From a virus: a stretch of 64,000 nt of DNA. Location: the IMG/VR virus record IMGVR_UViG_3300027806_000039, positions 1-64,000 of that record, one strand, 5' to 3'. Both the position numbers and the translations under genes were made by a program. Under the pieces are notes generated by a model that saw only the letters and a program-made list of their open reading frames with translations, made no database searches and was not told where the DNA came from. Every line of letters starts with the position of its first letter. The stretch's first letter is position 1. Positions 47,402-57,698 of the stretch are shown here, piece by piece.

Positions 47402-47715
47402 TACCCACCCAGTTCACGCGATAGCTGCTCGATCACGTCGATCATCTGCTGCCGATGCTGCGGCGGCTTTTCGACAGGAACGAAATCAGAAGCCTTCGGT
47501 GCCTTTCCTTTTGGTGAGTAAGGGGCGAGGATCGCGGACGCAATCAGCCCCGTCTGTTGCCAGTGATTCGGTATCGCCTCGTAGTACCTCGTGAAAGCCA
47601 TCCACTCGGCAAGCTCTCGCATCGACATGCGACGCTCGATCTCGCCAACCGTCATCCCGAGGTGGCCCGCCAGACGAAACAGAAATTGCCTCGTCGGGCG
47701 GAGGTTCAGTTTTTT
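47401..47715 (-). CDS. Tail assembly chaperone C-terminal (GT) part, via -1 frameshift
   Basis: A AAA AAC heptamer at 47709-47715 just before the chaperone stop. Confidence 0.75.
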   Translation of the reverse strand, partial: KKLNLRPTRQFLFRLAGHLGMTVGEIERRMSMRELAEWMAFTRYYEAIPNHWQQTGLIASAILAPYSPKGKAPKASDFVPVEKPPQHRQQMIDVIEQLSRELGG

Positions 47716-48053
47716 GCCAAGTCCTCCACGTCCTTCTCGGTCACGGCGTTGTGCTTCATGGCCAGGTCGAACAGCTTCGCCATCGCCTTGACGCTCTTGC
47801 TGCTCAACTGGTCGATCTGCTCCGGCGTGAACAACTGCTTGCCGTTCTTGTCGCAGAGGCAGCGCACAAGCAGCTTCGCCCGCCAGTCCTCCATCTTTTC
47901 GCGCTTCTCGGAGAACTCCCGCTGGTATCGCTCCATCTCCCCCACGCTCATCACGCGGATGTAGACGGTGCCGCCGCCCCACTCCTTCACTTCGACGGGA
48001 ACGAGCGAGAGGTCATCGGCTGCGAGAATGTCGGCTGCGGTCAGGTCGGCCAT
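47706..48053 (-). CDS. Tail assembly chaperone
   Basis: VKEWGG.VYIR.M...LCD..G..LF...AKN. Confidence 0.8.
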   Translation of the reverse strand: MADLTAADILAADDLSLVPVEVKEWGGGTVYIRVMSVGEMERYQREFSEKREKMEDWRAKLLVRCLCDKNGKQLFTPEQIDQLSSKSVKAMAKLFDLAMKHNAVTEKDVEDLAKN

Positions 48054-48055
48054 GC

Positions 48056-48433
48056 TTACTCCTTCACAATCTTGAACGTGCCTTGGTAACGCCACACGTC
48101 CTGAACCTTGCCGAGATTCTGAAGCGATTGGCAGATGGCCTTGGTGCTGAATCCGACCGTGACCACTTGGGAGGTCGCCGTCTGGTTCACTGCCGTGCCG
48201 CCAAACGCGAGCACTCCCTTGCGACCCCACTCGCTAATAGAGAGCCCGGCATTGCTCAGGGCACTCACATCTATAGTGCCAAGGTCAAGCGACCACGGCT
48301 CTGATGTAGTGCCCGTCGGAGTGGGTCCACGTGAGGTGGGAAGCCCGCCGCCGTAGGCCACCTTTAGCTCGGTGATCTCACCAAGCGTAGTGCCCCGCCA
48401 CGAAGCCGTAACGCCCGCTGCATAGTGCGCCAT
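48056..48433 (-). CDS. Tail tube-like protein 2
   Basis: Position and beta-rich size; ending DVWRYQGTFKI. Confidence 0.5.
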   Translation of the reverse strand: MAHYAAGVTASWRGTTLGEITELKVAYGGGLPTSRGPTPTGTTSEPWSLDLGTIDVSALSNAGLSISEWGRKGVLAFGGTAVNQTATSQVVTVGFSTKAICQSLQNLGKVQDVWRYQGTFKIVKE

Positions 48434-48452
48434 GACGGGCCTCCGTCACGGA

Positions 48453-48878
48453 CTAGCGGACAATACGGATCGTCGCCTGCCCGCGAACGGCATCCTGGGT
48501 GGCAAGCGTCAGCGTCGAAGACTGCACCGTGCCGCCCTTGCCGACAAGCGTTGAGCGCGAGGCAGTCGGGCCGTAGCTGATCGTGATCGTCCCGGTCTGC
48601 TTGTCCTCAATCAGTGACATGCCGACGTAATCAAACTGAACAGTGCGGCCAGTATCGCCAGAGGCGGCGCCGGCCAGCGGCAAGTCAAGCGTCTTGGCTA
48701 GTTCGCCCACAGTCTGACCGAGGTGCGCCACATTGATCTTCTCGTCCTCAGCAGTCGGATCGGTATACGAAATGACGATGTTCGTGACCGTATAGACGTG
48801 TGCCGTCGTGGCCGATCCGGTGGTCGGATTCCATGTGAGCAGGATGCCGCCGCTGTCATGGGGAGTCTCGAAAGCCAT
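48453..48878 (-). CDS. Tail tube-like protein 1
   Basis: INVAHLG, ending DAVRGQATIRI. Confidence 0.55.
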   Translation of the reverse strand: MAFETPHDSGGILLTWNPTTGSATTAHVYTVTNIVISYTDPTAEDEKINVAHLGQTVGELAKTLDLPLAGAASGDTGRTVQFDYVGMSLIEDKQTGTITISYGPTASRSTLVGKGGTVQSSTLTLATQDAVRGQATIRIVR

Positions 48879-48881
48879 TCG

Positions 48882-49298
48882 TCAAATCTCCTGCCAGAGG
48901 ATCGAGAAAGTCAGTTGCACGGTGTAGACCGGCGGGAGGTCTCCGCCGGCCAGCGTCACGAACCCGTCCGCCTCGTTCGTGAGACTGACGTTCGCCACTC
49001 TTACATCGTTCACAGTGCCGCCCCACCCATCCAGAGCCTTCCGGCAAGCATCCGAAAGCTCCCTTACTGCCTCATATGTCTCTGCAAATACGTCGAGCGA
49101 GAGCAGCACCGTCGGCATCCCAATCGGGCCGGAAAGCCCCTGCTGACGCTGAACGCTGATTCGCCGCCACGTGGCAAACGGCAGATCCGCAGACGCCGGC
49201 GCGAGCACAGGGAAAATCTTGTTTCCGAGAATCGCGGCCACGCCGGCATCGGAGACGAGCTGCTGGCGGATGGCGACTTCGGGGCTTTTGAACGGCAT
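48882..49298 (-). CDS. Tail terminator (DUF3168-like)
   Basis: I.PVLAP....LPF..WRR...ALDG. Confidence 0.7.
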   Translation of the reverse strand: MPFKSPEVAIRQQLVSDAGVAAILGNKIFPVLAPASADLPFATWRRISVQRQQGLSGPIGMPTVLLSLDVFAETYEAVRELSDACRKALDGWGGTVNDVRVANVSLTNEADGFVTLAGGDLPPVYTVQLTFSILWQEI

Positions 49299-49300
49299 GG

Positions 49301-50083
49301 CTACGCTCCGGTGACTGAGCCGCTGTCGCGGAGGATCAGTGCGTTCCACGCCCGCGACAGCGAGATGGCAAGCTCTTCTTGCAGGATCGCCGCCATCTGG
49401 CCGGAGGTGTCCTCAAACGCAGTCTGTACGGGCGGCTGACCAGCCACGCCACCGGCCGGCGTCGGCGGAATCTGGAACGGCACACTGGACGCCTTGAAGA
49501 ACGCCTTCGGATAGCCGGGCTCAGTCTCCACACGGCGGTTTTCGTCGTCGCGTGGCGTCTCTAACGTCCGAAACGGTCCAAGCCGATTGAACGACGAAGC
49601 GATGTACTGATTCTGCCCTGCCTTGACGACGTGCGGTCGAACCTCGACCGCCGGGCGTCCTGGCAGCCGCCGAGTGTGCCCACGCCTGCCGTATGGCGTC
49701 GTGCTCTTGCGGTTGATCTGGCGCGGCTTGGTGCCGAACTCTAACCACCATTGGTGGAACGCCCGGTCTTTTCCGGCTCGCACCGTGCCGCCTTGGGCGC
49801 TCTGGGAACTACCCACGCCTGACCGCTCGTAGCCAACCAGGGCCACCGCACCACCATCATTCGGATACGTCTTGATCTTCGTCGTGGCGGCCCGCAGCAG
49901 ATTGCCCGTCGGCCCCTGCGGCGTCACCTGCTGGAGCCGCTGGTACGCCGGCACGATTGCCTTCTTCAGGGCGGCACCGAGCAGCGTCGATGTCGCACGC
50001 GGTCTGCCAAGCGCCAAGAGGTCACGCCGGATTCGCTCCAGTTCCGTGAACTCGACCGAGATGCCGATGCCGGCGACAGCCAT
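49301..50083 (-). CDS. HK97 gp10-like neck protein
   Basis: PTGNL, H.WWLEFGT. Confidence 0.7.
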   Translation of the reverse strand: MAVAGIGISVEFTELERIRRDLLALGRPRATSTLLGAALKKAIVPAYQRLQQVTPQGPTGNLLRAATTKIKTYPNDGGAVALVGYERSGVGSSQSAQGGTVRAGKDRAFHQWWLEFGTKPRQINRKSTTPYGRRGHTRRLPGRPAVEVRPHVVKAGQNQYIASSFNRLGPFRTLETPRDDENRRVETEPGYPKAFFKASSVPFQIPPTPAGGVAGQPPVQTAFEDTSGQMAAILQEELAISLSRAWNALILRDSGSVTGA

Positions 50084-50401
50084 CTAGACCTGCTCCTGGC
50101 ACAGAGCCTCATGCTCGCTGCGGTTGTTGTGCTCGAGCAGCGACACGATCTCCAGTTTGCGGCCACGCCACGCGAATCGCATGTTCTGCGTCAGCCCATC
50201 GACGTACCGCAGCCGCACGCGATGGCTCATGTCGATCTGCTGCTGGCCAGCTTGCAGGAACTCTCGCGACGACACACCTTCGACGCTGGCCCACCGCTCC
50301 GCGAACGTCTCCCACTTCAGCACAGTTTCGCCGAGAGCGTTGCGGCTTTCGGTCGCCCGCTCAATCGTGACTCGCTCACGGAGCTTGCCGGGGTCGATCA
50401 C
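50084..50401 (-). CDS. Head closure / head-tail adaptor (SPP1 gp16-like)
   Basis: PGKLRERVTI...WASVE..S.RE...RY. Confidence 0.85.
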   Translation of the reverse strand: MIDPGKLRERVTIERATESRNALGETVLKWETFAERWASVEGVSSREFLQAGQQQIDMSHRVRLRYVDGLTQNMRFAWRGRKLEIVSLLEHNNRSEHEALCQEQV

Positions 50402-50853
50402 GTAACGGTTCCCTCACCGATGACGATGATGTCATACGTGACGCCCGCACCGCCCGATACGGTCAGCGTGTTGCCAGTGACGCCGTCGGCACTGGGATCG
50501 ACAATCACGACCATGCCATTTGGCTTGAGCGGCCACGCCGTGAAGGCACCGGAGAACGTGACCGAGAGTGTCGGGTGCGTGTTCTTCACGACCACCGCCT
50601 TGACCGCAGAGAAGGCGACCGTAACGGCCGCACCATCCCGCGTGTCTGAAATGCCGGTAAGCGTCAGCGACTCGGAGCCACTGGCAAGCGTGCGGGAGTC
50701 ACTCCACGAAATCTGAGCCTCGCTCGCCCCCGTGCCGTCAGTGAGTGACACCCAATAGCGGAAGGGCGTCGTGCGAATTTCACTCGACACGTCGTTCGAC
50801 CGCGTCTCGCGCACGTAGGCATCAACGAGAATCTGTGCCGCTTCCAGGCTCAT
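50398..50853 (-). CDS. Putative virion structural protein
   Basis: Inserted between head-tail genes; beta-rich, ending YDIIVIG. Confidence 0.55.
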   Translation of the reverse strand: MSLEAAQILVDAYVRETRSNDVSSEIRTTPFRYWVSLTDGTGASEAQISWSDSRTLASGSESLTLTGISDTRDGAAVTVAFSAVKAVVVKNTHPTLSVTFSGAFTAWPLKPNGMVVIVDPSADGVTGNTLTVSGGAGVTYDIIVIGEGTVT

Positions 50854-51449
50854 CGGTAGCTCCCCCACTTGGCCGCATCAAGCAACGCTTTGACGCCGAA
50901 CGGGATCTCGCTCAGGTTCGCCGCGTCAGCCGCCATGCGGCGTTCGTACCACATGCCCACAAGCCACAGGATCGCGTTCCGCACGCCTTGTGGCACATCG
51001 CTGCCGCTCGCCCCACGACCCGCCCACCACGTCACCGTGACGGCGTTGTAGTCCTCGAGGTAGGCAGGCCACGCCCCGCCATAGAGATGGCGGATGACGC
51101 CGGGCCGCGCGTCGCGGTCAACCCGGTACTGGGCAGTCGAGAGCGTGGCGGTGGTGCCGTTTTCGTTCTGCGTGTACGTGATCGTGGTGGCCGTGTGCGT
51201 ACCAGCCGTGGCCATCGGCGGCTTCGGCAGTTCGATCTCGGGCGGAAACCCGTCCATCTTCATGACGAGCTGCTGATGAATCAGAGCCTCGTCCAAGTAG
51301 GCTTCGACCCACTGGCGAGCCGCCGTGATGAGGGAGGACACGTAGGCATCATCTGCCGTCGTGTCGATCCGGCAGTGAGCCTTCGCCTCTGCCAGCGTGA
51401 CCGGCTCCACGGCGGGCTGGCTGGCGACACGCAGGGAGCGGTAGTGCAT
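50850..51449 (-). CDS. Head-tail connector (gp6-like)
   Basis: PAVEPVTLAEAKAHCRID...VP.....AIL.LVG.WYE.R. Confidence 0.85.
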   Translation of the reverse strand: MHYRSLRVASQPAVEPVTLAEAKAHCRIDTTADDAYVSSLITAARQWVEAYLDEALIHQQLVMKMDGFPPEIELPKPPMATAGTHTATTITYTQNENGTTATLSTAQYRVDRDARPGVIRHLYGGAWPAYLEDYNAVTVTWWAGRGASGSDVPQGVRNAILWLVGMWYERRMAADAANLSEIPFGVKALLDAAKWGSYR

Positions 51450-51452
51450 TGG

Positions 51453-51659
51453 TCACGCCTTGGGAGGTCTGCCGCGGCGTCGGGGGGTCGCGTCGGCTGA
51501 TTCGCCGCCGGGCTCCACCGCCGCCGTCTCGATCAAATCCATCTGCTGCTCACGGACGGCGAGCCCATCATTGATGAGCCGCACCGCCGTCACGTCCTCG
51601 CACTCGACCACGTCGCCCACGCGATAGGTCGAGTAGTTCTTGGTCAACTTGATTTTCAT
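51453..51659 (-). CDS. Small head-module protein
   Basis: G.VVE......RLI.DG.A, C-terminal RRGRPPK. Confidence 0.55.
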   Translation of the reverse strand: MKIKLTKNYSTYRVGDVVECEDVTAVRLINDGLAVREQQMDLIETAAVEPGGESADATPRRRGRPPKA

Positions 51660-52393
51660 GCTTCGGGCACCCTCCATGCAGTTTCCGGGCGTTTGTTCGT
51701 GCTGGTGAACTCGGTGGCGTACTGGTAGACGGGCTTGCTGAAGTCACGCCCCGGCCATGTCACGACGTATTCCCCGTGGCCGATGCAGACGCGGGGCGTG
51801 ACGAACACGCGATTGCCGCTGGCTCGCCAGTTCGCCCAGTAAAAAATGTCAGGGTCTAATCTGCCGTCTCCCCAGCTTCCGCTCGGGTCGGGCTTGCTCC
51901 AGAACCACGGCTTCTTCGCCCGCTTCAGAGCGGCCGTCGAGATAATCGTGCACCCAAAATGCGCCGTGTCGACAGGCTGCACGGGCTCCGCGAACCACTC
52001 TCGCGGCAGCGTGGTCGCTCCGCTTTCAGGCGGATTGTCGAGCGTGCCGAGCAACGTCAACATCGGCCTGCCGTCCTCGCGCTTCGTCTGGATCGGGGCG
52101 AGGGCATCGCACTGGAACGTGAGAGCCAATGCAAAGAGATGTTCGACATCTTCCTTTGTGTAGAAGGAATCGTAGTCGGTCAGGAGCAGATACTCCGCCT
52201 TGTCGATCATCTGCTCCATGCAGCGGGTATTCACCTGATCCCAAAAGCAGCCGGTGCCGATGGTCGGCCGGATGCCGAGCGGCGTCAGCGCCTGAGCCCA
52301 GCCGAACGTGTTGCTGGTAAACGTCAGGCGAGGCATCGACATGATTGCCTCGACGCGAACGTCCACCTGGGTATCGCCAACTCGCACGAGCAT
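51656..52393 (-). CDS. GT-A fold glycosyltransferase-like protein
   Basis: DYD motif, HFGCTII, DIFYW, IGH. Confidence 0.6.
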   Translation of the reverse strand: MLVRVGDTQVDVRVEAIMSMPRLTFTSNTFGWAQALTPLGIRPTIGTGCFWDQVNTRCMEQMIDKAEYLLLTDYDSFYTKEDVEHLFALALTFQCDALAPIQTKREDGRPMLTLLGTLDNPPESGATTLPREWFAEPVQPVDTAHFGCTIISTAALKRAKKPWFWSKPDPSGSWGDGRLDPDIFYWANWRASGNRVFVTPRVCIGHGEYVVTWPGRDFSKPVYQYATEFTSTNKRPETAWRVPEA

Positions 52394-52405
52394 CTATGCG
52401 GCTCC

Positions 52406-52446
52406 AAAAAAGAAACGGCTGGCAGAGGCAATCCCCTGCCAGCCGT
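52406..52446 (-). terminator. Rho-independent terminator
   Basis: 11-bp stem ACGGCTGGCAG/CTGCCAGCCGT followed by a T-tract on the minus strand. Confidence 0.7.
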
Positions 52447-52470
52447 CCAAGATGCTCTTGCTGTCAAGCG

Positions 52471-52920
52471 TCAGGAGTTGACGACCACCTGCACGCCAGA
52501 CGAAGCAGCGTCCGACGCACCGATCTCGCCGCGGCCGAGCCGCACGACGCTGGCCACCACGCTCGCAGCGGTCGGCGTGGCATTGACCCGCAGGTACCGC
52601 TTGCGGCCCCGGAGGTCGATGTTCAGCCGCACGACGTTGCTGCCAGCCGTCCGCGATCCGCTGGAGGGGATCGTGAAGCCGCCGGTGCCGCCGCCCACGA
52701 GGGCCGCGATGTCAGAGTAGCCGGTCGCCGAAGCGTCCGACTCCTCGACCTTGAGCGCCCGGCAGATGGCGTCGGTCGTGGCCGCGTTCGGCTCGAGCAC
52801 CACATCGATGGACGCATAGGCAAAGCCGAGCGTGTCGATGGTGTGCTGAGCAGTCTGCGAGGTCGTGGTGTCCGCAGTGCCGATGATGGCATCCGTCTTG
52901 GAACGAGCCAGATGAAGCAT
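52471..52920 (-). CDS. Capsid decoration / minor head protein
   Basis: IDTLGF...EESD...RKRYLRV; between MCP and terminator. Confidence 0.6.
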   Translation of the reverse strand: MLHLARSKTDAIIGTADTTTSQTAQHTIDTLGFAYASIDVVLEPNAATTDAICRALKVEESDASATGYSDIAALVGGGTGGFTIPSSGSRTAGSNVVRLNIDLRGRKRYLRVNATPTAASVVASVVRLGRGEIGASDAASSGVQVVVNS

Positions 52921-52951
52921 GGGTCAGATTCTCCTTAGAAGGATGCTAGGG

Positions 52952-54316
52952 TCAGGCGGCGAACCGCAGGGCGACGATGGGACCGGCCTTGCTGTTGTTG
53001 CCCAGGTCGTGGGCCACGATGGCAACACGGCTGGTCGCGAACGTCAGGGTCTGGTCGAACTCCACGAACCGGCTGGTGTCGGTCTTGATCGTGATCGCCC
53101 GCCGCTCACCGAAGGTAGCAGCCTGCGACAGATCACCGAAGAGGCAGGCCACGCCGTTCGCGGTGCCCGACAGCCGGCTCTCAAGCGGATGGCAGAGGAC
53201 GACTGGAAATCCAAGGAACTGGAGGCCAGCCCCGCCGGCCACATCGGCCACGCTGTTGCCCGACGCAGCGACCATGAGCCGCAGCATCGAGGAGCCGTAG
53301 CCAGCCGGGGAGATGTACCACTTGGCGTTCCGGCGGGCGTAGAGCGGGAGCCGCGCCACGACAGCCGTGTAGTCGGTCAGCGTCAGATCCGCGAACACGT
53401 CGTTGTTGGTGGCGGCATTTACGACCGACGCGGTGTGCGTGCCGTCGATGATCGCCGTCGCCACGCCGACCGTGCCGTGGTAGGTCGAAGAACCGTCGCC
53501 GATGAGCCCGGCATTGTCGAAGGCTTCCGCGAACGACTGAGCCACCTCAACCGCCATTGCATCCGCAAGGTCGATGACGGAGTCTTCCATCAGCGAGTTC
53601 GGGATGCGGTTATCGATGCCCCAGAGCTTCGCAATCAGGTTGACGTTGTCGAACGTCACGTCGCTGGTCGCGGGAGCAGCGTTCTCGCCAATCGGGCGAG
53701 CCGACAGGCCACCAGTCCGACGAGCGAACAGCATCGAATCGCTGTTCATCGCGACCCGGCGAGCGTTGGCGGGGAACGCACCGAACTCCTCAACCAGACG
53801 CACGATCTCAGCGCTCATCTCGTCCGAGACAAGAACGCCACCGAGCGAGTTGATGCCGCCGGCCTGAGCCCGCGACTCAACGCCGTGATCGCGGCACCAC
53901 CGACGGGCTTCCTCGTCACCGAGCACGTAGCCCTTCAGGTGCATGCCGGCACGATAGGCCCGCTCCTCCGCGTTCGGACCACCGAACGCCTTGAGCCGGC
54001 CAGTAGCACGGGGGATCGCAAAATGACGCTTCTCCACAGTCGGCTCCTTCACCTCGGGGGCTTCGGTCTTCTCGATGGCCTTCGCGGGAGCGGCACGCTC
54101 CAGAACGCTGCGGAGTTCAAGCTCCTTGGCCTGGACGCGCTGCACGAACTCAATCTGCGAGCGAAGCTTGTCGGCCTTCTGCTCCAGGCTGCGGAGGGAC
54201 GCCTCCTGCTCCTCGGTCATCGCGGGGGCATCGCCCTCAGCGGGGGCTTGCGAGGTCGCCTCCATCTCGGCGACCACGGCGGCGAGTTCGTCCAGCAGCT
54301 TCTTGAGCTTGTCCAC
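52952..54316 (-). CDS. HK97-family major capsid protein
   Basis: N-terminal coiled-coil delta domain, GGVLV, SLMEDS.IDL, GDGS, LGFPV, FGDLS. Confidence 0.9.
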   Translation of the reverse strand: MDKLKKLLDELAAVVAEMEATSQAPAEGDAPAMTEEQEASLRSLEQKADKLRSQIEFVQRVQAKELELRSVLERAAPAKAIEKTEAPEVKEPTVEKRHFAIPRATGRLKAFGGPNAEERAYRAGMHLKGYVLGDEEARRWCRDHGVESRAQAGGINSLGGVLVSDEMSAEIVRLVEEFGAFPANARRVAMNSDSMLFARRTGGLSARPIGENAAPATSDVTFDNVNLIAKLWGIDNRIPNSLMEDSVIDLADAMAVEVAQSFAEAFDNAGLIGDGSSTYHGTVGVATAIIDGTHTASVVNAATNNDVFADLTLTDYTAVVARLPLYARRNAKWYISPAGYGSSMLRLMVAASGNSVADVAGGAGLQFLGFPVVLCHPLESRLSGTANGVACLFGDLSQAATFGERRAITIKTDTSRFVEFDQTLTFATSRVAIVAHDLGNNSKAGPIVALRFAA

Positions 54317-54583
54317 GTGCGATGCTCCTTGTTCGGGTTCAGACGGCCGCTGCCGTCCACAACGTCGAAACTAGGAGGACGCCCCCGCACCCATGCAGAT
54401 ATGCGGTCGTGACAGTAAAGAACTCAGCCGACCTTCAGCCGCCGAACTTCGCCCGGTGGCACGATCTGCTTGTCGGTGCAGCCGCACCGGGCACAGCGGA
54501 GGTACCGCACTTGGTACTCTCCGCTCCGCTGCGACGATGCCACGGCGAGCTTGCCGTCTCGGCATCGCGGGCACGTTTCGCCA

Positions 54584-55600
54584 CTAGCGGCCATGCTGCC
54601 TCAGGAAATCGCGGAGAGACGCCGCCTTGCCGCGAGCCCGCAGCACGCGGTCGATCTCGGCTTTTCGCACTTCGGCTTCGGCGGAACGCCACGCATCAAA
54701 GGACCGCTTCGCCACGCTCACGTCAGCATCTGGATAGGCCGGGAACGTCACCGGCCCAACGTCGATTAGCGTGTCAATCTTCGTGACGGTGCGGATGCTG
54801 CGTCCGTCTTCCACGCTCCACGCTTCACCGCCTGGAGCAATCTGGAAACTGAAGCTGCTGCCGCGCACGATATTCGCTTCGATGTTGCTGGCAAGATCGC
54901 GCCCGTAGGTTGTGTCGGGCACGGGGAACTCATACCGCAGCCCGATCTCGTCCACGTTCATCCGCAGCGTGCCAGGGAACCTGGCCAGCGGATAGTTCGG
55001 ATCGTGGTTCCAGAGCGCCCGAGTCTCCAATGACTTCTTGCGGCCGCGTCGCTCCGCGACGATCCCGAACGCCTTGGGGTCGATCCGCTCGATAAATTGG
55101 CCGTCGAGTTCCAGCGAGTTCACGCCGAACTTTGCCGCGTAGCCGACGATCCACCGGCTTTCGCCCGCGCCGTCCTCAGACCGCGACTCCACGCGGAGCA
55201 GCGGCAGGGTGCCGGATTCTTCTTCGTACAGGCTGCGTCGTTCGATCATGCTTCGGTTCTCCTCGTCTGCCGCGTTGAGTTGCCGTACCAGTTTGTTTGC
55301 CCACGCCTGCCCGGCGTCACCGCCCCATAGCGCCCAAGCTATACGCCCTGCGCTGGGAAACCCTTGCTCTGATGGGCTGAATCCTTGGCCTTGCTTGTCG
55401 ATCTCGTGCCGGTCGAAATACGCCTTCATCCTGCGAGCCGTGTCGGGCGAGATGCTGACGCCGTTGCTCAGGTCACGGGCTCGAGCAACGCCTACCTCCG
55501 TGCCACCACGGTTGAACTCTCTTCGCCACTCTAGCCCGCGCGCCGCCTCCTCTCGCACACCCGAAGGTGGCGTGAAGTCGACATGGTCATACGTAGCCAT
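54584..55600 (-). CDS. HK97 prohead protease with extra N-terminal domain
   Basis: GYAAKF, F.ERI.P.AF, NHD, SSFSF, DVGPVTFPAY; N-terminal DFTPP.GV.EEA..GL...WALWGGDAG..WA. Confidence 0.9.
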   Translation of the reverse strand: MATYDHVDFTPPSGVREEAARGLEWRREFNRGGTEVGVARARDLSNGVSISPDTARRMKAYFDRHEIDKQGQGFSPSEQGFPSAGRIAWALWGGDAGQAWANKLVRQLNAADEENRSMIERRSLYEEESGTLPLLRVESRSEDGAGESRWIVGYAAKFGVNSLELDGQFIERIDPKAFGIVAERRGRKKSLETRALWNHDPNYPLARFPGTLRMNVDEIGLRYEFPVPDTTYGRDLASNIEANIVRGSSFSFQIAPGGEAWSVEDGRSIRTVTKIDTLIDVGPVTFPAYPDADVSVAKRSFDAWRSAEAEVRKAEIDRVLRARGKAASLRDFLRQHGR

Positions 55601-57698
55601 TGGGGGCTTCCGTCTTCGTGATATCAGTCACTTTCGCTCCAGCCTGCCCGTCGAACTCACCGCCATCCCACACGCTGACGAGCGCCGCCGGATCATCTGG
55701 CGTCGCCGGCAGTTCGAGGTCGCCAAGGTTCAGGACGCCTTCGGTCATCACATGATCGACGCGACCGATGCGACCGTCCGCGAGCGTCACCCAATCGCCT
55801 TCCGCAATGGTGCCGGGGGCGGCCCGCTTTGACGTTCGCTTGCGGCTCCGCTTCGCCTTCTTCTCCATCGGCGGCTTCACGGTTTGCGGCGAGTCGTCCA
55901 CCCACACGTCCACGGCGATGCCGGCTGCCTTGGCGGCGTCGTCCTTCAGCGTCTCACCGCCGATGAGCAGCACCTGCGAGAAATACGACTTCCACTCGCC
56001 CAGCGTGTCGGCAACCAGCTGCTGGTTCTCTGGCGTGTCCTCGCGCCGCGAAATCATCACGACCGTGTTGCCGCCCTCGACCGCGTCTTCCGCGAATTCG
56101 CCCCACAGCTTCGGGTCCGCAGCGAACGTGCGGTCGAAGTCGATGCTGAGCGTCAGCGAGCGAGACTCAGGCAGCGAGCGAGCCAGCGGAGCGGCAGGAC
56201 CTGCGGCCGGTTCTGTGGCCGGGGCCGGCACGGGCGTGTCTGGCACACCCGCCAGAATCGCGTCGATCTGCTGCTGCGGAATAGACGGGAAGGCTGCCGC
56301 GACCATTGCAGAGGCACCGGCCTTGGTAACGAGCCCCGTGCTCACCTGCTGAATGATCGCGATCAGCCCCGTGATTTGTGCACCGTTCAGCGAGACTTCC
56401 GCCACCTGCGGAGCGGCATCCGCGGCCGGCTGCGTGGCCGCATCGACGCCGCCTTCGACCGCCTGGCCGTCGATGCCACTGCCCGGCATCTGCTGCGCCA
56501 TCACATCGGTCGCGGTGGGGCTTTCCCCAAGCGTGCCCATGTTCAACGGCCGATGCCGCACGTCGCCGCCTTCGACCGGGTTCATGTCCTCCAAGGCGAG
56601 GATGTCGTTCGTGCTGAGCACGCCAATGTCCCACATCGAGCGGTAGTAGCTTGATCGGCTCGCCGCGTCACCGCGGAGCAGCCCGCGAACGTCAAACGAA
56701 ATCTGGTACCGCTCACGGCTCGCGTCATCCGGCATCAAGTCGCGGGTGAACGCCGACTCCAAGCGACGCAGCCACGGCAAAATCGTGTGCTGCACGAAGT
56801 CGAGGCCAGCATGCTCAATCGAGCCGTAGGAGCCGCCGCCTACCTGAAGCAGGTGCATCGGGATGCGGAACAGCCTGGCGATTTCCTCGAGCTGGTACCG
56901 CCGCAATTCCAAGAACTGCGAATCGCTATTGCTGGCATACGGGATCCCATAGGGCTTGAGGCCGCCCGTGAGCACCGCCGTTTCGAAAGCGTTGTGCGGG
57001 CCGCGATGCTTGCGGTTCCACCCTTCGGCCAGTTCCCGGCGAGCCTCCGCGTTGAGCGGATTGTCGGTGCTGAGAATGAAGCCGGGCCGGGCACCGCCGC
57101 CAAAGAATCTCGCCCCGTGAATCTCGCACGCCCGTGCCAGCGCAATCGCATCGCGGCACGACTCTGCGATGCTCTCGCCATGCACGCCGTCATCGCTCGG
57201 GCCGCGGACGTGCAGGATTTGCTCCTGCGAATAGACCGTCTGACGCCCCTTCGCCTCGCGATAGCTGTACCTCAGCCGGTCGTTCTCAATTGTCTCGACC
57301 TTCATCCGGCTCGGGTGCAGCGGCAGCACTTGGTCAGCCGCCCCCGACGCCCCCGGCTTGATCTCGCTGTAGGCGTCGCCCCACAACGCGACATGCCGCA
57401 CCAGCTGCTCCCGCCACTCAAACGAGGTCTGCCATGCGTTCGGCTGAGAGTGCAGCCGGCGATAGAGAGGCAGTTCCTTAGCCTGACGCTTGCCGCCGTT
57501 GCTCAGCCGCTCGAGCACATGGAGCGGCAGGCTCGCCACCGTCTCGCTCAGGATCCGCACGCACGCGAATACCGCCGCCACCATCGTGGCGTTGTCGGCA
57601 CTGATCCGCACACCCGCCGGGCTGCGGCTGCCGCCGTCTTCATCCCACGAACGCTCGTCGCCGGGTAGCCAGAGGATGCGATTTTCGTGGGCGATCAT
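55587..57698 (-). CDS. HK97-family portal protein with C-terminal HAD-like fusion
   Basis: AVFACVRILSETVASLP, PLHP, EIARLFRIP; then SIDFDRTF...VWVDDSP. Confidence 0.9.
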   Translation of the reverse strand: MIAHENRILWLPGDERSWDEDGGSRSPAGVRISADNATMVAAVFACVRILSETVASLPLHVLERLSNGGKRQAKELPLYRRLHSQPNAWQTSFEWREQLVRHVALWGDAYSEIKPGASGAADQVLPLHPSRMKVETIENDRLRYSYREAKGRQTVYSQEQILHVRGPSDDGVHGESIAESCRDAIALARACEIHGARFFGGGARPGFILSTDNPLNAEARRELAEGWNRKHRGPHNAFETAVLTGGLKPYGIPYASNSDSQFLELRRYQLEEIARLFRIPMHLLQVGGGSYGSIEHAGLDFVQHTILPWLRRLESAFTRDLMPDDASRERYQISFDVRGLLRGDAASRSSYYRSMWDIGVLSTNDILALEDMNPVEGGDVRHRPLNMGTLGESPTATDVMAQQMPGSGIDGQAVEGGVDAATQPAADAAPQVAEVSLNGAQITGLIAIIQQVSTGLVTKAGASAMVAAAFPSIPQQQIDAILAGVPDTPVPAPATEPAAGPAAPLARSLPESRSLTLSIDFDRTFAADPKLWGEFAEDAVEGGNTVVMISRREDTPENQQLVADTLGEWKSYFSQVLLIGGETLKDDAAKAAGIAVDVWVDDSPQTVKPPMEKKAKRSRKRTSKRAAPGTIAEGDWVTLADGRIGRVDHVMTEGVLNLGDLELPATPDDPAALVSVWDGGEFDGQAGAKVTDITKTEAPNGYV

